In this document: piece after piece, positions 1-7,284 of the stretch
Numbering within the stretch: the first letter of the stretch is position 1
How the letters are laid out: each line of letters starts with the position of its first letter
From: Alphaproteobacteria bacterium
GTDB lineage: Bacteria; Pseudomonadota; Alphaproteobacteria; MPNO01; UBA830
Assembly: GCA_964291215.2 (NCBI GenBank)
Contig: OZ219790.1
Span: 864,001 to 928,000, forward strand
Reading direction: 5' to 3'
DNA length: 64,000 nucleotides
The notes under the pieces: model-generated
Seen by the model: the letters and a program-made list of their open reading frames with translations, nothing else
Databases searched by the model: none
Told to the model about the DNA's origin: nothing
Made by a program: the position numbers and the translations under genes

Positions 1-347
1 CGCGCAAGCGCCGCCTGCACCGGCCCGGCGCCGCGGCGCGGCGCGGCCCACGCGTCGAGCGCGGCTCCGAAGCGCGGGCTCGCCCAGTGGATCACCTGCA
101 CCGTGCAGCGCTCCGGCGCCGCGTCGGCGAGCGTGCCCGAGAGCGCCCCCAGGGTCTCCCCGTCGATCCCGGCAAAGGGCGGGATCTCGATCGCGAACCC
201 GGTGGAGCCTGCATTGACGTAGAGCGCGCTGCGCTCGTCGAAGGCGCGCCAGGGCAGCAGCGCGGCGAGCGGCGCCGGGACCTCCGGCGGCGACCACGGC
301 TCGAGCCCGGCCGGGCCCTCGAACAGCGCCGCGAGACGGGCCGGCAT
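1..347 (-). CDS. traC: F-type conjugative transfer ATPase TraC, N-terminal part (runs off window)
   Basis: Manual translation from ATG at 347: MPARLAALF...LLPWRAFDERSALYVNAGSTGFAIEIPPFAG..., typical of the TraC N-terminus; start overlaps the traV stop. Confidence 0.75.
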   Translation of the reverse strand, partial: MPARLAALFEGPAGLEPWSPPEVPAPLAALLPWRAFDERSALYVNAGSTGFAIEIPPFAGIDGETLGALSGTLADAAPERCTVQVIHWASPRFGAALDAWAAPRRGAGPVQAALA

Positions 348-958
348 CACGGGCGCCTCCAGTCGGCGGGCGCGATCACGATGCGCACATACGCGCCCTC
401 CCGGTAGACGCCATCGCCGTCGACGTACGGCGCGATCCAGACCCGCCCGATCGTCTCCGGCACACGCAGACCGTCCCCGGCCGGATCGGCGGCAGTAGTC
501 GTCTCCCGCGCCCCGTCCGGGCGTTCCTGCATCTCCGGCTGCGTCTGCTGCGCAACTGCCGTCTCCACGGAAGACCCGCTCTGCGGCGAAGAGCTTTGCA
601 TTCCGCCCACGCCGCCCGCCCCGGTCCCGTCGTCCGCGCTCTCCGGCGCATCGCTGGCGAACAGCCGTGCGAGCCAGGCCAACGGGTTGCAGCCCCGGTC
701 GCAACCGCCCCCGGTATTGCCGTCCCACGCCGGTCCGGCCGCGTCCTGCGCCCGGTAGGGCGGCGCCGGCTTCCGGCCCGCCGCGTCTCTGACCGCCGGA
801 TCGGCGGCGGCGACGCTGGCGCACTGCGAGCCCTGGGCGAGCGGGCACTGCCAGTCCTCGCCCACATGGCCCGAGGCGCAGCCGGAGAGCGCGAGCGCGG
901 CCAGGATCGTTGTCAGCGGCCCCTTGAGGCGCCGCATCGTCTTCGTCGGTTCAGTCAT
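347..958 (-). CDS. traV: Conjugative transfer lipoprotein TraV
   Basis: Lipobox LSGC, two further Cys (WQC...QC), C-terminal RVWIAPYVDGDG motif; lies between traB and traC. Confidence 0.85.
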   Translation of the reverse strand: MTEPTKTMRRLKGPLTTILAALALSGCASGHVGEDWQCPLAQGSQCASVAAADPAVRDAAGRKPAPPYRAQDAAGPAWDGNTGGGCDRGCNPLAWLARLFASDAPESADDGTGAGGVGGMQSSSPQSGSSVETAVAQQTQPEMQERPDGARETTTAADPAGDGLRVPETIGRVWIAPYVDGDGVYREGAYVRIVIAPADWRRP

Positions 959-2198
959 TGCCGTTCGTCCTCCGTGCGGGATCGGTTTCGGGCCGGCCGT
1001 CGAGCCGGGCGCCCTCGAGGAACACCACCGTCACCGGCGTGCCGGCCTGCAGCTGGATCACCGGCTGGTATTGCTCGGCGCGGCGGATCAGGTAGTCGGC
1101 GACCTTGCGGCCCGCCGAGGAGGCGCCGGAGCCGAGCCCGGCGCGGCCGATGTCGTCGAGACCGGTGTTGGCGACCGCCGCGCCGCCCGTGCCGGCCGCG
1201 ACCGCCTGGGGGGCGAACGCGCCCGCCACGCCCTGGCCGATGCCGGAGACGAGCCCGGCGAGGAATGCCTTCTCGACCAGCGCGCCCTCGCGGCTCACCA
1301 CCGGGCCGCGCACCCCGGCCTTGCCCGAGCCGGCAACGAACCCCGCCACATCGGTCTCGACCACCGTGCCGGGCTCGTTGCCCGCGCAGGTCAGCGTCCG
1401 GAGCCGCGCATAGACCTTCTCCGAGGACAGGTCGCCATAGGCCGCGGCCGTCACGGTGCAGCCGTCGAGATCGACGGACCGCGCCGTCCCGTCCGCCGCC
1501 GCGGTCCATCCCGGGCCGGCGATGCGCAGCAGCACCGGGCGCGGGTCGCCCTGGGAAGCCACCCCTGCCGAGGCGTCGACGCCCGCAATCACCACCGCCT
1601 CGGCGTGGCTGCCCGCCGGCAACCAGAGCGAGAGCGGCTTCGCGGCCTCGCCCCCGGGATCGCCGAACACCGGCGCCTCGAGCTCGAAGCGCCGGATCAG
1701 CGGCGCCGCGGGCGGCGGCGAGGCGGCCGGACCGGCCGGAGCCGCGCCCGGCGCCGCGCCCGGACCCGCCGGTGCGAAGACGCCGCTGTCCGGCGCCGCC
1801 CGGACCGGCCCCGGGCTGTCAGCGCCGGGCCCGTCCCGCCCCGCAGCGAGCTGGTCGATGACCCGCTTGGCCTCGTCGGCCTGCCCGCGCAGCTCGTCCC
1901 GCAGGCGGCGGTTCTCATCGGCAAGGCGCCGGTTGTCGTTGCGCGCCTCGTTCAGGTCCGCCTCGATCCGCCCGAGCCGCGCCTCCGAGCGCCGCGTCCA
2001 GCTTTCCTCCGCCGTCCCGGGCCCGGCGAGCTCGGCCGCGATCCGCGGACCCGGCCCCGGCGCCTTGCCGCCCGAGGCGGCGAGCCACGCCGCGACCGCC
2101 AGCAGCGCGACCGCGGCCACGCCGGAGAACAGCAGGATCTGCCGGTTGCGCACCTGGCGCGCCCCGCCGTCCGCCGCAGCAGTCCCGGCGGCGCTCAT
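951..2198 (-). CDS. traB: Conjugative pilus assembly protein TraB (VirB10-like)
   Basis: N-terminal TM, coiled coil, LPAGS...GVDA, GC.VTAAAYGDLSSEKVY.R, GKAGVRG.VVSR, RAEQYQPVIQL motifs. Confidence 0.9.
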   Translation of the reverse strand: MSAAGTAAADGGARQVRNRQILLFSGVAAVALLAVAAWLAASGGKAPGPGPRIAAELAGPGTAEESWTRRSEARLGRIEADLNEARNDNRRLADENRRLRDELRGQADEAKRVIDQLAAGRDGPGADSPGPVRAAPDSGVFAPAGPGAAPGAAPAGPAASPPPAAPLIRRFELEAPVFGDPGGEAAKPLSLWLPAGSHAEAVVIAGVDASAGVASQGDPRPVLLRIAGPGWTAAADGTARSVDLDGCTVTAAAYGDLSSEKVYARLRTLTCAGNEPGTVVETDVAGFVAGSGKAGVRGPVVSREGALVEKAFLAGLVSGIGQGVAGAFAPQAVAAGTGGAAVANTGLDDIGRAGLGSGASSAGRKVADYLIRRAEQYQPVIQLQAGTPVTVVFLEGARLDGRPETDPARRTNGND

Positions 2199-2938
2199 CG
2201 CGAGGGGCCTTCATGCACGGCAACGGCGGCGCGGCCCACCGGGAACCCGGCCTCCGGCCCCGCAAGCCACACCGCCGCGATGCCGGGGCCGAGGCGCGCG
2301 GCAAGGGTCTCCGGGGCGCGCGGCCCGTCCGCGCCGAGCGCCACGACCCATGCCGAGAACCGCGGCCCGCGCCATACCTCGACAACCTCAACTGCCCCGT
2401 CGCCAGCATCGCCGCCGCCTTCGATCCTGTAGCCGGCGAGCGGGGCGCGGTTCGCCACCGCCCGGATCAGGGCCGCGATGGCGCCGATCCGCGCCTCGCC
2501 CGCCGCGGCGGTTCCCGATGCCGCCGCGATTTCCGGGTTGCGGATCAGGATCTGCGCCGGGCCCCCTTGCGAAGGCGTCAGCACGAGGCGATAGGTGAAG
2601 CCCTTTTCGGAGCCGACGAACAGCGCGACAGGCGAGGGCTGGCCATGGTCCGGCGCCGTGCTGTCCGCCGTTCCCGGCAGCGGGTGCAGCCAGAGGTCGC
2701 CCGTGGCCGGATCGTGCTCGACCCGGTAGCCGCCCGGAGCGCGGATCACCCGCGCGATCCGGTCGCCCAGCAGCGCCACCCGGATCACCCCGGCCGCCGA
2801 TACCGGCGCCGCAAGCCCGGCATGGTCCGCGGCGTCCAGGATCCGCGCCGCCGACGCGGCGCCCGCATGCGCCATGCAGAGAAGGAAGGCGGCGGCCAGA
2901 ATGCCGGACCCGTTCCGCTTGCGTTTCGTTCGCATCAT
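2195..2938 (-). CDS. traK: Conjugative transfer secretin-like protein TraK
   Basis: Signal peptide, RVALLGDRI and LFVGSEKGFTYRLVLTP motifs; position between traE and traB. Confidence 0.8.
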   Translation of the reverse strand: MMRTKRKRNGSGILAAAFLLCMAHAGAASAARILDAADHAGLAAPVSAAGVIRVALLGDRIARVIRAPGGYRVEHDPATGDLWLHPLPGTADSTAPDHGQPSPVALFVGSEKGFTYRLVLTPSQGGPAQILIRNPEIAAASGTAAAGEARIGAIAALIRAVANRAPLAGYRIEGGGDAGDGAVEVVEVWRGPRFSAWVVALGADGPRAPETLAARLGPGIAAVWLAGPEAGFPVGRAAVAVHEGPSR

Positions 2939-3492
2939 TGTTCATCCTCCATGTCCTCGAATCCCAGGAGCCCCAGCCGGCCGCCCTCGACGCGGAAGGC
3001 GAGCCGGTAGGTCCTGCTTGCGCGGCCGACCTCCTCGCGCCCGATCCAGGTCGCGAGCCGGCCCCGCACCTCCACCGTCAGCCGCTCCGGGTCGGCGTCG
3101 ATGCGCTCGGGGTAGAAGGCCGTGCTGAGATCGCGCCGCGCCATCCGCTCCGCCTCTACCGCCACCCAGGCGCCGATCGCGCCCCGGGCCGAGGGATGGC
3201 TCAGCCGCGCTGCCGCCTCGCGCACATGGCCCGCATTCTCCGGCGTGAGCGTCAGCAAGGTCACCGCCGCGGTGCGCGCCGCATCCTCGAGATAGCGCCG
3301 GCCCGCCCAGCTGCTCCCGACCTCCCACACCGGCCCGGAGACCGCGGGTACCAGCACCGTCGTCTGCCCCCGCCCGGCGAGCCCGACCGAGAGCGCCAGG
3401 TTGGCCGCCAGCGACAGCCCGAGCAGGACGCCGAGCGCCAGCCGCGCATCCCGCGCCTTCCGGCCCTCCGCCTCCTGTACATCCCGCCGCAT
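2935..3492 (-). CDS. traE: Conjugative transfer protein TraE
   Basis: Start MRRDVQ at 3492; one TM then TVLVP, YLE..A....LLTLTPEN, STAFYP motifs. Confidence 0.85.
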   Translation of the reverse strand: MRRDVQEAEGRKARDARLALGVLLGLSLAANLALSVGLAGRGQTTVLVPAVSGPVWEVGSSWAGRRYLEDAARTAAVTLLTLTPENAGHVREAAARLSHPSARGAIGAWVAVEAERMARRDLSTAFYPERIDADPERLTVEVRGRLATWIGREEVGRASRTYRLAFRVEGGRLGLLGFEDMEDEQ

Positions 3493-3497
3493 CGCCG

Positions 3498-3791
3498 TCA
3501 GCCCGCGTAGCGCCGGACATGGCTCGGCGGCGTGGCCCTGAGCCGGAGCGCGAAGTCCGGCAGGAACCAGTAAAGCGCGTAATGCACCACATTCGCCCCG
3601 CCGCCCCGCTTGATGCGCCGCAGCAGCCACCAGCCGGCGGCGCCCGCCACGAGCCCCGTGACGAACGCATTGGCCGCCAGACCCAGCAGGGCCGGGCCGA
3701 TCAGCGCCGCTGCCTCGTCCACCGTCCAGAACAGCCAGCGCTCCGGATCGTCGAGACGGCGCGGGATCGCATGGCGGCGGGTCTCGCTCAT
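3498..3791 (-). CDS. traL: Conjugative transfer protein TraL
   Basis: MSETRRHAIPRRLDDPERWLFWTVDE...YWFLP...TPPSHVRRYAG, classic TraL pattern. Confidence 0.9.
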   Translation of the reverse strand: MSETRRHAIPRRLDDPERWLFWTVDEAAALIGPALLGLAANAFVTGLVAGAAGWWLLRRIKRGGGANVVHYALYWFLPDFALRLRATPPSHVRRYAG

Positions 3792-4126
3792 CACACGATC
3801 GCCGTGCCGACCAGGCCGGTCACGATGCCGGTGCCCGCGCCCGCCGCGATGCCGACCCCGACCGCGCCCAGCAGCTGGGCCGCGTTGAAGCGCAGCACCG
3901 AGCCCACCAGCGCCGCCCCCACCGCGAGCGCCGCCGCCAGCTGTCCGCCGGTGCCGCCGACGATGTTCGTCACCGTGCCGAGCGGACCGGAAAAGGTCGT
4001 GTCCGACGCGGCCAGTGCCGGGTCGGCGCCCGATACCAGCACCGCCGCCGCGACGGCGAGCGCCGTCACCAGCCGGGCAGGCGCGGCAGGCCCCGCGTCC
4101 CCGTTCGGGTGCGCCGGCAGGACCAT
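3791..4126 (-). CDS. traA: Conjugative pilin TraA
   Basis: 111 aa, signal peptide ending ALA, two hydrophobic helices, immediately upstream of traL. Confidence 0.7.
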   Translation of the reverse strand: MVLPAHPNGDAGPAAPARLVTALAVAAAVLVSGADPALAASDTTFSGPLGTVTNIVGGTGGQLAAALAVGAALVGSVLRFNAAQLLGAVGVGIAAGAGTGIVTGLVGTAIV

Positions 4127-4812
4127 CAGCGCGCCCTCCGGGGGCCGGAACCGCCGTCGTCCGACGTGGACGTCCGCCGCCGCGCCGCGGCCCAGTCCCC
4201 AAGGTCGGCGCGCGCATAGCGGATGCGCGTCCCGAACCTGTAGAACGCCGGACCCGCCCCGGTCACACGGTAGCGGTCCAGCGTGCGGGGCGAGAGCCCC
4301 AGCAAGGCCGCCGCCTCGCGCGTGCCCAGATACTCCATCGGCCTCTCTCCGTGGTCGTTCATGTCTGCGTCTCCTCCTCTTTCGTGTCCGTCGGCCTGCG
4401 CTGCCCGCCTGGCGATCGCGGCCTCGATCGCCGCACGCTCGCTGCCGGTCCGGTGGGCCGCCATCCACCGCCGCGCCCGGTCCACGGTGGCCAGCAGGGG
4501 CGAAGCCCCCCTGCGAAGCCGCAGGACAAAGGACGGATCCCCCACCGCCTCCATGCCGAGCATGTGCGGCTTGGTGCGCGTCACCTCGAGAAACGCCTCG
4601 ACCTCATGCCGGAAGACATCGCCGAGCGGCGCCTCGGCCATGAAGGCCAGCACCCTGTCGGCGGTATCCAGGCGCGGCTCGCGCCCGCGCATCAGCCGCT
4701 GCACGAAGGACGGATCGCCCAGCGCGTCCATGCCGAGCCGCGCGGGCGCGGTCCCGGTGGCTTCGAGCCAGGCCTCGACAGTGTCGCGGAAACGGGCGGT
4801 CAGTCCGGTCAT
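4126..4812 (-). CDS. Regulator with two tandem Cro-like HTH repeats fused to an excisionase/AlpA-like HTH
   Basis: Internal repeat LGMDALGDPSFVQRLMRGREPRL / LGMEAVGDPSFVLRLRRGASPLL; C-terminal YLGTREAAALLGLSPRTLDRYRVTGAGPAFYRFGTRIRY; stop overlaps traA start. Confidence 0.75.
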   Translation of the reverse strand: MTGLTARFRDTVEAWLEATGTAPARLGMDALGDPSFVQRLMRGREPRLDTADRVLAFMAEAPLGDVFRHEVEAFLEVTRTKPHMLGMEAVGDPSFVLRLRRGASPLLATVDRARRWMAAHRTGSERAAIEAAIARRAAQADGHERGGDADMNDHGERPMEYLGTREAAALLGLSPRTLDRYRVTGAGPAFYRFGTRIRYARADLGDWAAARRRTSTSDDGGSGPRRAR

Positions 4813-4833
4813 GGCGCGGACGATACGGAGCGA

Positions 4834-4871
4834 GATTGTCGTTGACAATCGTTTTATTTAGCGAATATGCT
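4834..4871 (+). promoter_or_regulatory. Palindromic operator GATTGTC-N3-GACAATC overlapping a sigma70-like promoter
   Basis: Perfect 7-bp inverted repeat at 4834-4850; TTGACA 4842-4847, 18 nt spacer, TATGCT 4866-4871; lies between divergent regulators. Confidence 0.6.
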
Positions 4872-4915
4872 ATGACATCCGCCGCCAGACGGCGACAACA
4901 CTGCGAGGCAATGCG

Positions 4916-5617
4916 ATGGAACCCGACCCGGTACGACAGAAAATCCGCGACCTGCTCTGGAAACGCGGCCTCAACATGCGCGAGACCTCGCTCGCCATCG
5001 GACGCAACGTCTCCTACCTGCACGGTTTCCTCGAACGCGGCAGCCCCAGGGTGCTCTCCCACCAGGACGCCGCGAAACTCGCCGGCCTGCTCGACTGCAA
5101 GGCGCAGGACCTGCACCACGCCGAACGCCCGCCCCGGCGCAAGCGGGCCGGGACGGAGAAACCGCGTCCCCGGGAGATGCAACAGGGCCCGGCGCCGCTC
5201 GCACCCGTCCCCGAGGTCGATGTCGAGGCCTCCGCAGGACCGGGCGCGCTCGCGGACGAGTTCGTCGCCGAGCGCGCGCGCTGGTTCCTCCCCGAAGGGA
5301 TGATCCGCTACGAGGGCGGCGCCGCTCCCGGCGCCATCCGCGTGCTCCGCGTGCGCGGCGAGTCCATGGAGCCCGAACTCTCCGAAGGCGACCGCCTGAT
5401 CGTCGACACCGCACGGCGCCGCCCCGAAACCGGCGAGATGTTCGTCCTCTGGGACGGCAACGGGCTCGTCGTCAAGCGCGTCGAGCACCTGCGCGCCGAA
5501 GGCGCCGCGCCCGCGCTGCGCCTGAAGTCAGCCAACCCCGACTACGACGACTACACCTGTCTCGCCGAGGACATCCACATCGTCGGCAAGGTGCTGTGGA
5601 CCCTCAGGAGAGTGTGA
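4916..5617 (+). CDS. CI/LexA-like repressor with S24 autopeptidase domain
   Basis: N-terminal HTH, Ala-Gly cleavage site (ASAGPG), catalytic Ser (VRGESMEP) and Lys (VVKRV). Confidence 0.9.
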   Translation: MEPDPVRQKIRDLLWKRGLNMRETSLAIGRNVSYLHGFLERGSPRVLSHQDAAKLAGLLDCKAQDLHHAERPPRRKRAGTEKPRPREMQQGPAPLAPVPEVDVEASAGPGALADEFVAERARWFLPEGMIRYEGGAAPGAIRVLRVRGESMEPELSEGDRLIVDTARRRPETGEMFVLWDGNGLVVKRVEHLRAEGAAPALRLKSANPDYDDYTCLAEDIHIVGKVLWTLRRV

Positions 5618-5766
5618 AAGCGCACGGGCTGTCGGGCAGGAGCGCCGGGCTCGCCGGGATTGCTCCGGCCTCCCGGCCGCATGGGCACAAGCATCCAGTC
5701 CGGGCACGGCACCGTGTTCCTGCTCATCGACCAAACTGGAACGAACAACGAATCATCCGCCTTGAG

Positions 5767-6024
5767 CTATGGCCGCCGAAAAATGGAAAGCCACCTCCAG
5801 AGCCGCCTGATCGCGTCCTTCCGAACGGGATTCCCGGTCCGCTGGAACGCGGTCTCGTTCTTCCCGTAGTACCTCTTCTTCAATCCGCGATCCTGTACGC
5901 GGCCAGCTTCGACCCGGCGGCCTGACCATTGTCTGGCCCATTTCATCGTGCTCTTGCTTATCCAGTAGTGCGAGCGACACTCGAAGCTCCAGTTGCCGAC
6001 CGACGGGTTCAGCGAAATCGACAT
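5767..6024 (-). pseudogene. DUF6527-like protein, C-terminal remnant
   Basis: SLNPSVGNWSFECRSHYWI...W...WS...GR..DR motif; N-terminal half absent. Confidence 0.55.
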
Positions 6025-6156
6025 ACCACCGTGCGGTATGCGCATCTGGCGCGGGACCCGGTGCACGAGGCCGGCATCCGTGTTTCCGACAGTATCATCA
6101 CCGATATCCTCGGGGACAGACACCGGCGATTGCCGACCCGACAGTGCCCGGCGTAG
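6021..6156 (+). pseudogene. Tyrosine integrase C-terminal remnant
   Basis: TTVRYAHLARDPVHEAGIRVSDSIITDIL closely matches TTARYAHLARESVHEAAARIANSIAADIL of the integrase ending at 23496. Confidence 0.75.
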
Positions 6157-6245
6157 GGTCGCGTCATGTTGAACGCCGCCCCTCTCCCGGCCCGTGAGCG
6201 GGCTGTTCGTCGGAAACCTTCCGGATACGGCGGGGAACACGCCCG

Positions 6246-7223
6246 GTGAGCCTTCCGGCGACGCCACACGATGCGCTGTTCCGCGCGCTGGTCTCCGAGC
6301 CGGCCCGCGCCGCTGCGCTGCTCGCGGAATACCTGCCGCAAGAGGTGGCCGCCCTCCTCGACCCCGAGGCCCCGCCCGAGGCGGTCGAGGGCAGCTTCGT
6401 CGACGAGGACGCCGCGCGGACCCAGTGCGACGCGCTCTTCCGGGTCAGGCTGAGGAGCGGCCACGAGGCGCGCCTCTATGTGCTGCTCGAACACAAGAGC
6501 CGCGTCGATGCCGACACGCCGCTCCAGCTCCTGAAATACATGGTCAACATCTGGCGCCGCGAGATCGAGAATGGCACTGCCGGGGACAGGCTGCCGGCGA
6601 TCGTCCCACTGGTCTTCTACCACGGCCGGGGCCGCTGGACGGCGCCGCTCTCGGTGCCGGGGATGATCGACGCGCCCGGGGAGCTGGAGCCGTTCGTCAG
6701 GGAGTTTGCCTGTGTGGTGCACGACCTTGGCGAGATTGCGCCGCGCCGGCTGTCGGCCTCGCCCGAGGTGCGGGCCGGGCTTCTGGCGCTCAGGATCGTC
6801 CATGCCGAGGAGATACCGCCCGATCTTCTGGACGAGATGACGGGCGGGCCGGTTGCGGGGAGCGCGTTCGAGCGTCATATTGTGCGCTACATTGCCGAGC
6901 GCATGAACCTGACGCCGCCCTTGCTGGAGGCGTCGCTGCGCCGGACGAAGCCGGACCGCTGGGAGGCGCTGATGGGAACGGTCGCACAAGCCTGGATCGA
7001 ACAGGGAAGAGCCGAGGGAATCGAGCAGGGGATCGAACGAGGTCGGAGCGAGGGCCAAGCCGGAATCGTTCTTCGTCTCCTGGAACTGCGCTTCGGGGCT
7101 GTGCCGGGTGCGGTTCGCGAGCGGGTCCGCGGTGCGTCGGCCGCCGAACTGGAGGCCTGGGCGGAGGCGGTGCTGGTGGCGGCGAGCCTCGATGAAGTGC
7201 TGGCCGCCAAACCTAGACGTTGA
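6246..7223 (+). CDS. Rpn/YhgA-like recombination-promoting nuclease (PD-(D/E)xK) with DUF4351-like tail
   Basis: HDALFR, SFVD, CDALF, YVLLEHKS, PLVFYHG motifs; EQGRAEGIEQG repeats; LELRFG tail. Confidence 0.9.
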   Translation: MSLPATPHDALFRALVSEPARAAALLAEYLPQEVAALLDPEAPPEAVEGSFVDEDAARTQCDALFRVRLRSGHEARLYVLLEHKSRVDADTPLQLLKYMVNIWRREIENGTAGDRLPAIVPLVFYHGRGRWTAPLSVPGMIDAPGELEPFVREFACVVHDLGEIAPRRLSASPEVRAGLLALRIVHAEEIPPDLLDEMTGGPVAGSAFERHIVRYIAERMNLTPPLLEASLRRTKPDRWEALMGTVAQAWIEQGRAEGIEQGIERGRSEGQAGIVLRLLELRFGAVPGAVRERVRGASAAELEAWAEAVLVAASLDEVLAAKPRR

Positions 7224-7284
7224 ACCCGGTGCGTCCAACGCACTTGCCACTTGCGTCGCACGCCTCTATGCGAGGAGGCAATTC

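Noticed and set aside
596-3010. Long plus-strand ORFs (421, 502, 380 aa) over the tra genes
   Set aside because: Arg/Pro/Gly-rich shadow frames of high-GC minus-strand genes with no motifs; the same applies to most overlapping ORFs in the track.
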